Shown here piece by piece: positions 14,889-29,149 of a stretch of DNA of 64,000 nucleotides (position 1 is its first letter; each line of letters begins with the position of its first letter). The translations under genes and the position numbers were made by a program. Location of the stretch: assembly GCF_009914755.1 (NCBI RefSeq), contig NC_060946.1; one strand, written 5' to 3'. The DNA comes from the human T2T-CHM13v2.0 reference genome, Homo sapiens. The notes under the pieces were generated by a model. It saw nothing but the letters and a program-made list of their open reading frames with translations. It was not told the origin of the DNA and did not search any database.

Positions 14889-16790
14889 GGTGAAAATGAG
14901 CATCTCTTGTTCCAGAGCTTAGAGGAGAGGCTTTCAGTTTTTCTGCCATTCAGTAAGATACTATACTTGTGGGAGTGTCTTATATGGCTTTTACTGTGTT
15001 GAGGTATGTTTCTTCTATACCCTGTTTTTTGAAGGGTTTTTACAATAAAATGTTGAATTTTATCAAATGCTTTACCGCATCAATTGACATTATTATATAA
15101 ATTTTGTCCTTCATTCTGTTGATATGATGATCACATTGATTTGCATATTTTGAACCATCCTTCCATTCCTGGCATAAATTCCACTTAGTCATTATGAATA
15201 ATTTTCAATATGTTGTGGATTTGTTTTGTTTGTAAATTTCCTTGAGGATTTTTGCATCAATTTTTCATAGGGATATTGGCCTGTAGTTTTCTCTTTTAAT
15301 TTGTCTTTGGTTTAAGTATCAGGCATTGAAATATTCCTCCCTCCTCTATTCTTTGGGATAGTTTGAGTAGGATTGGTGTTAGTTATTCTGTATGTGTTTG
15401 GTAAAATACAGCAGTGAAGCTATTGCTTCCAGGATTTTCTTTGTTGGTAGTTTTTATTAAGGCTTTGATTTCATTATTTGTTATTGGTCGGTTCAGGTTT
15501 TGAATTTCTTCATGGTTTAATCTTGGTAGGTTAAACTACTACAAGAAGACATTGGGGAAATTCTCCAGGCTATTAGACTATGGAAAGATTTCTTAAGCAA
15601 TACCCCACAAGCACAGACAACCAAAGCAAAAGTGGACAATTGGGATTGCACTAAGTTAAAAAGCTTCTGCATAGCAAAAGAGACAGTCAACAAAGAGAAA
15701 ATCCAAAAAATGGGGAAACGTATTTGCAAACTATCCATTTGACAAGGGATTAATAACCAGAATATATAAAAAGCTCAAACAACTGTATAGAGAAAAATCT
15801 AATAATCTGATTTGAAAATGGGCAAGAGATCTTAATAGATATTTCTCAAAAAAAGAAATACAAAAGACTAACAGACTTAGGAAAAGGTGGCCAACATCAC
15901 TGATTATCAGAGAAATGCAAATCAGAACTATGAAGAGATATCATCTCACCTCAGTTAAAATGGCTGTTTTTTCAAAAGACAGGTGATAACAAATGCTGGT
16001 GAGGATATGGAAAAAAAGCCAACCCTTGCATACTGTTGGTGGGAATGTAAATTAGTGCAACCACTATGGAGAACAATTTGGAGGTTCCTCAAAAAACTAA
16101 AATTAGAGCTATCATATGATCCAGCAATCTCATTGCTAGATATATACACAAAAAAAGAAAATCAATATATCGAAGAGATAACTGCACTCCTATGTTTATT
16201 GCATTACTATTCACAATATCCAAGATGTGGAAGCAACCTCAGTGTCCATCAACAGATGAATGGATAAAGAAAATGTGCCTATATATGATGGAGTACTTTT
16301 CAGCCATAACAAAGAATGAGATTCTGTCATTAGTGACAACATGGAATGGTGCTGTAGGATATTATTTTAAGTAAAATAAGCCAGCCACAGAAAGATAAAC
16401 TTTGTACATTCACATTGATTTGGGGGAGCTGAATATTAAAACAAACTCATGAAGATAGAGTAGAATGGTTGTTACTTGAGGCTGGGAAGTGTAGCCAGTG
16501 GGGGGAAGTGGGGATGGTTAATAGGTACAAAATGTAGTTACAATGAATAAGATCTTTTATTTGATAGCACAACGGGGTAACTATAGTCAGCAATAGTTTT
16601 TTGTACATTTTAAGATAACTGCGTATAACTGAATTGTTCATAATACAAGGAAATGATAAATGTTTGAGATGATGGATAACGCATTTACCCTGATGTGATT
16701 ATTATGCATTATATGTTTGTATCAAAATATCTCATATACCCCATAAATACATATATGCCTACTGTGTACCCATAAAAACTACAAAAGACC
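14889..16790. mobile_element. L1M with inverted 5' part (antisense 14889-15531, sense 15532-16790)
   Basis: Orientation switches at cttggtaggt|taaactactacaag; the sense part carries the ORF2 end and 3'UTR. Confidence 0.75.
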
Positions 16791-16949
16791 CATAGATGGT
16801 GACACCTGGGGATTTCCTGATACAATAGTGGGTTCTGGCTGATCATCCCACAGGGAAGCCACTCAGCAGCCACACAGTTCCCCCTACACACACCCCCCTA
16901 GTAATCAGCTTTGTTAGTATATAAACCTTAAAATATGTGCAGAAAATAT

Positions 16950-17750
16950 CACAAGTCATACGGGAGATGTAAAGCAAGATCACAAAGAGGTACAACTTCA
17001 TACCCATTAAAATGGCGATTATAATGCAAACAAACAAAAGATGGAAAATTAAAAGTGTTGACAAGGACATGGAGAAAATGAAACCCTTGTGCATTACTAA
17101 TAGTAGTGTAAAGTGGTGGACTGCTCTACAGAGCAGCACAGTGGTTCCTCAAAAAGTTGAACATAGAATTACTATATGACCCAGTAATTCCACTTTGAGG
17201 TATATAGCCCCAATAATTAAATGCAGGGACCCAAAAAGATATTTGCATAGCAATGTTTACAGCAGCAGTACTCACAGTAGCCAGAAGGTGGAAGCAACAT
17301 CATGCCCACTGGTGGATGAATGGATAAACAAATGTGATATATGCACGCAATGGAATATTATTGGAATATTATTCCTTTTTAAAGGAAGGAGATTCTGACA
17401 CATTTCACAATGTGGATGAACAATGAAACCTTGAATACATTATGCTAATGGAAATAAGCCAAACACAAAAAGACAAATACTGTATGATTCCACTTATATG
17501 AGGTACCTAAGATAGGCAAAGTCATAGAGGCAGAAAGTAGAGTGGTGGTTAATAGGGACTGGAAGATGACAGGAGTTAGGAATTACTGTTTTACAGGTAC
17601 AGAGCTTCACATGAAAAAGTTCTAGAGAGGAATGGTGGGAATCATTACAAAACATTATGAATATAGTTAAAGCAACTGAACTGTACACTTAAAATAGTTA
17701 ATGTGATACATTTTATGTTACATGTATTTTGCCCACTGAAAAAATAAAAA
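16950..17750 (+). mobile_element. L1MB-type 3' end
   Basis: Degenerate L1 ORF2 end and 3'UTR (gaactgtacacttaaaatagtt). Confidence 0.75.
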
Positions 17751-17819
17751 TATATAAACACACAGCAAATGATGACCAGGCCTTTGAAGAAAGCTTATAA
17801 AACAAAATTAAGAAGCCAA

Positions 17820-18257
<438 letters not shown>

Positions 18258-21200
18258 TTAGATACCAGAAAATTAAACACAAAATACAAAAAATGAGAGA
18301 GGGAGATGACAAAAATTAGAAAATCAACTCAAGAGGTTCAATACCTAACGAGATCCAGAAGAAAAAGGGAAGCTAGAGGGGAAGAAAATTATTGTAGAAA
18401 CAATAGAAAGACATTTCCAAGAATTAACAAGAAAAACAGACATGTACCACTAGGGGTTTATTAAATGCACAAATTAAAAAAAAAATAAGCCTACCCCAAG
18501 ATTCATGATTGGAATGGTATATGCTAAGGATACTCAAGAAATTTTAAATATTCTGAAGGGGGTAAAGCCAGAGTAGGGCAGGATGGGTGAGAGACAGGTC
18601 ACATAAACATGTTATTTTGAAATATAAAAATACATTTTTTAAGTAAAAAATGTTGAAGTTGGCTGTGTCTGGGGAGTAAATAGGAAGTACTGAATGAAGA
18701 GCAGTCTGTTTCTTTGTGAAATCTTATACTACCATTGGACTTCTAAAACCATGTTTCTTTAAATTTTATCCTGGCTCTCTTTCAAAGTAATGCATTCACA
18801 GCTTATATTTACATGTAAAAATATGCAGGTGAAAAATGCTAATATAAAATTATTCCAAAGCCTTTTCTAAAGTGTCAAGAAGTGCTAGGATTTACTTAGC
18901 AGAAATCATCTCAGGATGAATTCCTTGTCAATTCTGGGAAATGACTGCCAGAGAGAGAGGAATAACAGAGTGGTCACAAAACTGTGATCAAAAGACAGCC
19001 TGATCAAAACATACACTAAGAAATTCATGATTGTTAGATAGAAAACACAAATGTGCAGATTCCCTGGGATTTCTCACTAAGTTAATATTTGCAGAAATAA
19101 ACCATGTTTTAACTGTTCAGTTTCCTTTGGGATGCATTTAGTTTTAAATACATTCAATATTAATGAAATAACTAAATCTATTATAAATACTCTTTAAAAA
19201 CATCAGAGAGTCAAGATAATTTGACTAAGTATCTAAAAATAAACTCATTTTCTTGAAAGAATGCAAGTAAAATGTTCAGTAAGTGATTAATACACGTACC
19301 ACAGGTTACTCTGGCAATGTTGTGCTTCTTTTAGTTCATGGTAGTCTATGTAAGAGTCCTAGTCTTGTCAGAAAAGAGGTATTTTACCTAAATCAGAGAA
19401 ACAAAAATATAGTATTCTGTTGTTTTTGACTCCACCTCTAGCTGAATTCAGAAGGCATATTCTGAAATAGCACAGAAAAACATGTAAAGTTTCTCAATCA
19501 CTGTCACTACCACAATGAAGATGCATCTAAAAACAGCATGGGTCTGCTACAGATTATGTCACTTTCCACGATGCAAAGTTTTACAGATTTAATACACAAA
19601 GCTCTCAACTCACAAAGGTGAAAAGATAACTGACTGAGTAGGTCAACAAGCAAACCATCTCAACAAGATTAAATGAATGCAAAACAGATGCACTCCAAAT
19701 GCAAATGTGGTACGCAGATTACGTTACCTGTGGCCATATGTACTAAAGAAGAGGGAGAGAACTCAAGGCCCCAGAACAAGAGAGAAGTCCAGGCCAGGCT
19801 CTGGACACTAACTAGCCATGTGGATTGTGAACAGTCACCTCATCCTTCATGGCCTCAGTTTCCACATCTATGAAATAAGGGGTCTGGTCAGGAGACACAT
19901 AACAGCATTCTACATGTAACTGGAGAAATTGTGTCATGGATAGGGAAGGGAGGGTAATTAACCCAATTGCCTCTAGAGGGCAAATAATTAACAGAATTGC
20001 CTCCAGTTTCTCCATGGCTTTCTAAAGAGGGGTCAAGACTTGCTGGATGCCAGATGTTTTCCAGGGATCCCAGAGAATTGGTCTATGGAGGCAGTGCTTT
20101 ACTGTATTATAGAAGAGGAATTAATCACACTAATTGCTTACTCTGTACTTTTGCTTAATGATACAATATAAACAAATACAATGAGAAATCATTTTAAAGC
20201 AATCAAACGGGCTTCAAGTTATTAAAGCTCCTGAAGAATCAAACATTACCTCCATATATAGAATTATTATACTAGGTGCAATTAATGATTTGATTTATAG
20301 ATGTTTTTACATAGGTTTGATATGCAACAAGTCTAGGGGTATAAAATCAATAAAATCTGCCTTCTAATAAGCAGTGGTTTCTGCCTTTTTCTTTAAAAAT
20401 TATATCAAAATAGTAAAACATGAATATTTTAAAATAAAAAATTATTGACATTTATTTTCATTCTGCCTGCTGAATTTTAACTTTTCCTCAAAAAGAAAAA
20501 CTTCTTTCTCATGCAAACTATCCCCATATCCCTAATTAGGATGAATTATTGAAGCATCCTGGGTGATTTCTGAACACTTTCAATCCTTCAATTATTCAGG
20601 TCTAGTTTAATGGCACCTGAGAACAATTACATACTGAGAACTGTCCTAAACTGACAAAGGCGACCAAAGAGCTTATACAGGAGCATACCTGTACCCTCAC
20701 ATTGGCTCCAAAGTCTCCAGAGGGAAACGGACAGGACATGATGAATCAGCTCTTTTTTTACTGTATTATGCTTGGAAAGATTGTTATGGAAACATAGAAT
20801 AAATAGATAGATAAATCAACCTTGCCTGGAAAACTGGAAAAAGGTTCAAAGAGGAGGCAAATTTAGACCAATATGTACCAAGAACTCATTGATTCTTACG
20901 GGAGTAGGTTATTACCAGACAGACAAGTGAAATTCAGTAGGCAGAATGATAATAAATGTCATTTATTAAATATTAAAAAGACAAATACCTTCCCTATTTT
21001 AGAAATAAGGTAGGCAAAGGAACTGAGGAGTGGAAGTTGAAGGCCAGCTCTGGGTGCTTTGTGAACAGAGCCCAGTTGACAGTGGGAAGATCTGTGCTCT
21101 ATGCTAAGGACATGCTCTGTAATGACAATCCACTCGGTTGCACTAAGAATTTAAGAGCATTTATATGAATATATACAATTTAAGGAAAGATAAAGAGAAA

Positions 21201-21381
21201 AATTTGCTATCAACTCTGTGTAGATTTGGAAAATGGTGTCAAAGGAACAGTTTCACCTGCATTTCTTTGTCTAGAAAGTTTTATTTTATTAAAAAATGTA
21301 GTCTACAAACGAGCCTCAATTTTTGGCAATAAACTCAAAAATGCTACACAAACCATCACAGAATTCGGTTTGTCCTTGCAG

Positions 21382-21472
21382 GAAAGAAAAAAGAAGAAAA
21401 CAAACCTCCATACGAGAATGGGTCTAAAGGAACTTCCCAAACCTCCATGATTTTGCAGGAAACAAGATAAAG
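21382..21472 (+). ncRNA. Candidate 91-nt internal lncRNA exon overlapping an LTR-like fragment
   Basis: Acceptor tttgtccttgcAG and donor AAG|GTAATC. Fits my recollection of spliced DUXAP8-family lncRNAs, but transcription is not visible from sequence. Confidence 0.45.
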
Positions 21473-21707
21473 GTAATCACCTGCAGCACCTGGACCCATC
21501 TAGATTAACTACTCAGCCTCCAGAGGAAGGTCTTCAGGACTCAGACCTTAGTTATAGATTAGAAGTTAATCACTTATGTCTTCAGACAGGCCCTGTTCCA
21601 TGTTTAGAGAGAGATCTTTGAGCACCCATCTTCATACATTTGAGAACAGGGTCACAGAGAGGGAGTCTCTGAGGTCACAGAGTTTATTAGTTCATTTTCA
21701 CACTCCA

Positions 21708-22005
21708 GGAAAGAAGTTTAATTCACAGTTCCACATGGCTGGGGAGGCCTCAGGAAACTTACAATCATGGTGGAAGGGGAAGCAAACACATCCTTCACGT
21801 GGCAGCAGGAGAGAGAAGTGCAGAAGAGGGGAAAGTCCCCTTATAAAACCATCAGATCTCGTGGGAACTCACTCAGTATCACGAGAACAGCATGTGGGAA
21901 CCACTCCCATGATGTAATGCCCTCTCACAAGGCCCCTCCCCCAACACGTGGGGATTACAGTTCAAAATGACATTTGGGTGCAGACACAGAGCCACACCAT
22001 ATTAC
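21708..22005 (-). mobile_element. MaLR (THE1/MST) LTR
   Basis: cacagttccacatggctggggaggcctcaggaaacttacaatcatgg...ccccttataaaaccatcagatctcgtg. Confidence 0.85.
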
Positions 22006-24400
22006 AGAGCCAGAAGAGCTGAGCAGTGGGCGCTAAGTAAATGTTCATTAAACCAAACCCCTGCACAAGGCTGGCTTCATAGAGGTGCCACCTGTGCAGT
22101 GGCAAAAGCCCCACTGTCAGAGGGGACCTGAACTTGGTTTAGTGCTATGTTGTCACTGCCTTCAAATTCTTAACAATTTTTGAACAGACTCCACATTTTC
22201 AGTTAGCACCGGGTCCTGCAAATTATGTACCCAGTCCTGTCCCTGAAACAAAGATAAGGTTTGTTCATGAAGGGACTCACTCGACCCCTCCCTGCCCATC
22301 TCACTCCAAGATGCCCTAAGTAAAGGGGAACACAGAGCTAGGAGAAGGCAGTATTTGAGGATGATCTTGGAGGTCCCACCTGATCATGGCTGGTGATGCA
22401 TGTGTGTGGGTGGGAGAATTTGGCTGCTCTCTTCTGGCACCTTCCATCCCATGTACAAGGCCTGCACTTTGCCTGTCTGTCCCAAGTCCTCCTACCTGAC
22501 TCAGACCAGGAATGTGGATGGGGGTGGGGGGTGGTGGCGGGCACTGGGGCCCAGTACTCCTGGTCCCAGCTGGAGTTCCCTGTTGACTGGGGGAGATTTG
22601 GCCCCTCTGACTACTCCTACCCCATCCCCACTAGGACAGGAGTTGGTGAAGGGGACAGGGTGGGAGGCTTAACTAGTAGCCAGGGGCAGGCGGCAGGCAG
22701 TGGGGCGAAGATCAGGCTGAATTTTCCTGCTACTGATCTGCTCTCTGGAAGAGGCATTCATGAACTGGCTTAGGCTGTGGCTTGGCTATTTTAGGAATAT
22801 TCTTAACCCTTCCTGAGTCACTGCCGCCATCAGACTTCTCTCCCAGAGCACAGAGCACCAGACTATTCCCTCTCCTTGTCCCCTCCTCCCCAGTCCCTGC
22901 TTTCCTCCCTGGCAGCTGAGGTCAGAGTTTTCTCAGGGGCGGGGCAAGTTGACTTCTGCCAAGGAAAACTCCGGGGTCCCTGAGCCCCCTTCTTTGTCCT
23001 GTGACTTCTCCCTCTTCATCACAGCTCTGGACTCAGCAAAGTGGCAGAATGGGCATCACCTCAGCCCTTCTTCTCATCTTATAAAATTGGAACTTCAGCA
23101 TCTCTCATCTGAGGGAAAATAGTTGACCTGCATCCCCAGAGTAAGATGGGAAGCTGCAGTCCTGATTTCCAGCCTCTGGCAGAGCAGGAGCCCCTGCCTG
23201 CCTGGCTTTGATGCCCTGTTAGGGGCACGTTTCCAGCAGGGAGTCACATGCCAGAGCCCCTCATGGGGTTACCTCTGCCTGGTTTTTTCCTCCACTCCAG
23301 GTTCTTCCCAGAGTCTGGCTTTTTGGAAAAACCTAGGCCATGATATAGGCATTACCTCTGTAAGGCTAAGGGGGGTCCCACTGCGGGCCAGGAGGGCTCA
23401 ACATCAATATATCTGAATTTCAAGCCAAGACAGGGGGAAAAGATCTTGGCTCAGTGTCAGGGGTTTCTGTGTCCCTGACAGCTGGGCTTGCCTGAGCTGG
23501 GAGGCCCAGCATATCTGGGCCTTGTGATGCCTTCTGACAGTAGGAGTTGGAGTTTGCCACCAACTGCTATTGGGAAAGCTTGACATGGTGATCCAGGAAT
23601 AAGGCTGATGATGCCACAAAAATGCCCAAGGGCCTGTGGTGTGCCTGACAGTGTCCTGGGAAGTGGATATAGAGGATCAATAATCAATAATCATTATTTC
23701 CCTGAGAAAGGAAGCTCTCTTGGGGTGGTTAACCAGGTGTCTGGCCACAAGCCTAGGCCAGGGTTGATGGGCTGGGGCAAGTGAGTCATCCCAACTCATT
23801 CCCCCTCCTCCAGGTTATCACAACCAGCCCAGCTCCAGAAGTGAAAGAGCTGGCTGCAGCTGGGCATGAGGCCAAATGAAAATGCTTTCACTCCCCTCAA
23901 GGGCTGCAGAGGGGGCCCTTGCAAAGGGAGGGTCACCGAGCTGCAATTTCTTCTGCCTCCAATCCAGAAAGAGCCTGAAGGATTGCTCAAGGTGTCCTGG
24001 GAAAGATTTTGATTTCAAAGAGACAATCTCCCCCAGGAACTCCAGGAGAATTTTGTGTGGTGTTTAAAGGGTAAGAAGCTGCTGGGTGTGGCAGCTCACA
24101 CCTGTAATTGCTGTGCTTTCAGAGCTACAGGCAGGAGGATCACTTGAGGCCAGGAGTTAGAGAACAGTCCGGGCAACACAGTGAGACACCCCCCACTACA
24201 AAAAACAAGAAGACCCCTCTTTTTACCCCTAATTGAGAGGCGTGACTAGAAGGCAGAAAGCTGGCTGTTGAGGTGGGAGTCTCTCTCTTCAGGCAGAGGT
24301 AGGGCTGCTTCCTGGGGCAGAGGCGTGGATGGTGTGTCTGGCTCTGCAGTTCCTGATGAAGACATACTGGGGTGCCCAGGCTAACCTTTGGCAAAACTAG

Positions 24401-25045
24401 GAGCTGAACTCAGGAGTCCCTGATGCCAGCCTTTCTGATGCGGTCCCCCCTCCCCTCCCCCATGTGTCTCGCTCCATAGCTCCAGGCCAGGAGCCCCAAC
24501 TGGCTGGTGGAGGATGTCTTGCTCCTCAGCAGCTGGGATTTGTAAGTATTTGTAGGAACATGGAACAGATCAGTGGCTGACAGGCCCAGGAAGCAGACAG
24601 TCCCCTTCCCATAGGTCACCAGCTTCACTTCCCCTTCCTGCACCCCATCCTGATTTGAGGGAGCCCAGGATGACAAAGAGGGAGTAGTTGAGCAAGGTAT
24701 GGAGTGGCAGCCTCTACAGGAGCTCAAAGGATGCATTTGTCCATCTGCCCTGGGCTCAGCTTCCACACTCAGAGTCACTCACATCCCTCCACCGTCGCCA
24801 CAGCTCACTTGTGTGCCCACACAGACAAGGTCACACTGACCCCAAACGCACACTGTTTCAACTCTCAGCACTTCACTGTCACACTCGCGTGTGTACACAC
24901 ATGCTTTCTAATTTCCACAGCCACATGGATGCTCACACACTCACACCTTTGCACACACACACAAGCTGGCTCACAGACACACTGGGGGCCCAGATCCTGG
25001 TCATTCCCCACAGGTCTTAATAAAGGTTCATGGAAGGAAACCTGT
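24401..25045 (+). ncRNA. Candidate terminal lncRNA exon with poly(A) signal
   Basis: AG at 24399-24400, AATAAA at 25019-25024, GT-rich downstream element at 25060-25135. Confidence 0.4.
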
Positions 25046-25799
25046 TTCCTAAGGTAGGGTGGGAGTGTGTGTGAGTGTGTGGGGGGGAGAGGGTGAGAGT
25101 GAGTGTGTGCGTGTGTTAGTGTGTGTGTGTATGTAAGGAGCAGGAGTGACTGGGTCCTGAGTTTAGGGAGTTGGGAAGAGGAAGGAGAGATGGAGACAAG
25201 CCTGGACCAAGAGCCACTCAGAGCTGCCTGGAAGGGAAGCCAGGCTGAGATAAAGGCAAGGCAAAGAAATAAGACACTGACAAGGATCAAGCCAGGGTTG
25301 GGTAGGGACTGGGAACAGAGTCTGCCTCCATGAGAAGCTGTCACATTGCTGCTCTGGTGCCCTGTGACAGCAGCACCATCTCCAGCTGGAGACTCCCCTC
25401 TCTGGATCTTGTCATTGTGACTTTGCTTTGTTGGACAACCAGGAGTGGTGACAGGCAGGGAATATGGTGCCCAGGGCAGCTAGCCATGCCACGCCAGTCC
25501 AGCTGCCAACCCACCCGTCACTGGCCATCTCATCACCTGCCAGAGGGAGTGGGGTGGTGCAGATGAAACCAGCGATCAGCTTGGCTGCCCTTGCTTCGTA
25601 GTGCCACAGTAGAGGCTAGGGGAGCAACTGGCTTTCCTCCCCAAAAGGCGGGCAGGGTTATCCACACTTTGCCCAGGTCCCTGAAGCCTGCGGCTGAGCT
25701 CGGGGATAACAGGGGCCAAGTCACTGGTCCCAGACACCTAGGAACTATTAGAGACAGGAACCAGCATATGAGACAGGGGCTGTTAAGTAGGAGGTTGGA

Positions 25800-28150
25800 G
25801 AACACACGTTTTTGGTCTAAACCGGGGGCCCCTCTCTTTGCCCACTGAGCCCGCGGCCTGCGTGGTGCTGAGACTGCCTCTGGCCGCGTCCGCTTGGGAC
25901 AAGGCCTGAGCGGTGGCTGATCCCACCTGGATGTCCCGGGCCGGCTCCCACCCGAAGCCCGCCATCCCGGGACGCGGTGGGGAGAAGCTGGCGCTGCTCC
26001 TTGCCATGCTTGGCGGCCGCTGCTGCCCGGCTGGGGGTCCCGAGTCGCACACGCCCCGCAAGCCCTGGCCACCGATCCGGAGGGAACGCCCTGGGCTGCG
26101 GTCCCCGAAGCCAAGAGAAGAAGCAGGTCCCAGGGCCGACTCCAAAGCCGCATCTCCAGCTTTGTTCATGGGTCCGGGAAGCAGAGGCCGCCGCCGGCCA
26201 CCGTCGTGGGCGAGAAGAAGGGCACGAGGCGGCCGGGGCTCCTGCCCGGAACCACATGTGCGCGCCGGGCCCCGCTTCTTCATCGCACTTGCGGCCCCGG
26301 CTGCCCGGGGCCTGCGAGTTTCCAGCCAGGGCCCGGGACTCTGGCGCGGTCCGGCCGCGAGGAAGGAAGGTGTGGCCCGGGTGGGGGTAGCGGCAGGCCT
26401 GCGGCTCCGGCCACGGGGCAGGGGCAGAAAAACGACCCCGGCGCTGTCCGGGCATCCAGCTCGGTTCCCGCTGCAGCCAGGAGACTCCCGGGAGCGCTCT
26501 AGGAACCACAGAGCCCTGGAACTCACCTGGCAGCCTCGCGGCGCTAAAGCCGGCGGAGCCTGAGACAGCGCGCGGCGAGGCGGTCACGCTCCACCCCCGC
26601 GTGGCGGCAGGACTCGGATTTCGCCCCTGGTTTTAAAATTGTGCCGGTGGAGCCCGGGACGCTGGGAAGAGCGTTCTGCGCCCCTCCAGTCGCGGTCTCC
26701 GCCCTAAACCGACTTCCAGAGCCGCCTCTGCTCCCTGGAGTGGCGCAGTGGCGGACACCGGCGTCCCACGAAGTCGCAGGTCCTCAGTCTGAGGGCTGCC
26801 CCGCACGCTCGGAATGCAGGAGGGTCTCCGCCTCGCTGCGCTGCCCCTGGGGGCGGAGGCGTGCGCTGCAGGCGAGAGAGGCGGCCCGGTATCGATGGAG
26901 AAGCACAGAGGGCTTTGAGGTCGCAACGTCCCGGTTGCTGAGCGGAGTCGGGAGTCAGGTTCCAAAGGGACAGCGCTCAGGGTTGTAATCACCACCCGGC
27001 CCACCGCTTCCGCAGCTGCGAGTCTAGGGCGGAGCTGTTGGGTGGACCGAGCAGGCGAGGCGCAGGCAGGCAGCGGCTCCGCCTCGGAATCCGCCTCGAC
27101 CGGGGCCCAGGTGCCCGCCCCACCTGTCCCTCGGTCACCCCAACCCTGTTTCCTCGACCCCCAGCACTCCTCCAGGCTTAGTTCGCTTCAGAGGCGCAAG
27201 ACCCGGAAAACAAGGAAGAAGCGAGCTCAGCCTCAATCCCCGTCCCCACCCCACTTTCGGGACCGCTAAGCTGGAGAATTGAAGGGGGCGGACCCCGGAT
27301 TAAAGCCGCTCCCTTCCCAGCCTCGCCCCGCTTTCCTAATGTCCGTGATGATTTCGTTATTGGCAGGGAAGAGCCAGACTCCCTGCGCTCCCAAGACGGG
27401 GCGATTGGGAGGGGGTTCTGGAGCTCACGCCTGGGGTCGGCCCGGCGGGGGGTGACCCCGGGCCCTCGCCGGTGCAAGGAGAACAGGTGGTTCCCGCCGG
27501 GGCAGGGAAGCGTGGACGGTGTGGGCTCAGGCGCCTGGCAGGCACACGGGGCCTCTAAAGCTTGGTCACTGTCACAGATCGTGTGGTTGTTTCTTCCGTC
27601 CCCGCCACGCCTTCCTCCTGGGATGGGGATTCATTCCCTAGCAGGTGTCGGAGAACTGGCGCCCTTGCAGGGTAGGCGCCCCGGAGCCTGAGGCGGGAAC
27701 TTTAAAATCAGACGCTTGGGGGCCGGCTGGGAAAAACTGGCGGAAAATATTATAACTGAACTCTCAATGCCAGCTGTTGTAGAAGCTCCTGGGACAAGCC
27801 GTGGAAGTCCCCTCAGGAGGCTTCCGCGATGTCCTAGGTGGCTGCTCCGCCCGCCACGGTCATTTCCATTGACTCACACGCGCCGCCTGGAGGAGGAGGC
27901 TGCGCTGGACACGCCGGTGGCGCCTTTGCCTGGGGGAGCGCAGCCTGGAGCTCTGGCGGCAGCGCTGGGAGCGGGGCCTCGGAGGCTGGGCCTGGGGACC
28001 CAAGGTTGGGCGGGGCGCAGGAGGTGGGCTCAGGGTTCTCCAGAGAATCCCCATGAGCTGACCCGCAGGGCGGCCGGGCCAGTAGGCACCGGGCCCCCGC
28101 GGTGACCTGCGGACCCGAAGCTGGAGCAGCCACTGCAAATGCTGCGCTGA
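25800..28150. promoter_or_regulatory. CpG island / probable promoter
   Basis: Very high GC and CpG density, several GGGCGG boxes, and a consensus minus-strand donor CAG|GTGAGT at 26521-26529. Confidence 0.85.
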
Positions 28151-28197
28151 CCCCAAATGCTGTGTCCTTTAAATGTTTTAATTAAGAATAATTAATA

Positions 28198-29149
<952 letters not shown>

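Noticed and set aside
25533-28156. Long ORFs (up to 256 aa) on both strands in the CpG island
   Set aside because: Low-complexity Arg/Pro/Gly/Ala frames expected from stop-codon scarcity at high GC; no recognisable domain.
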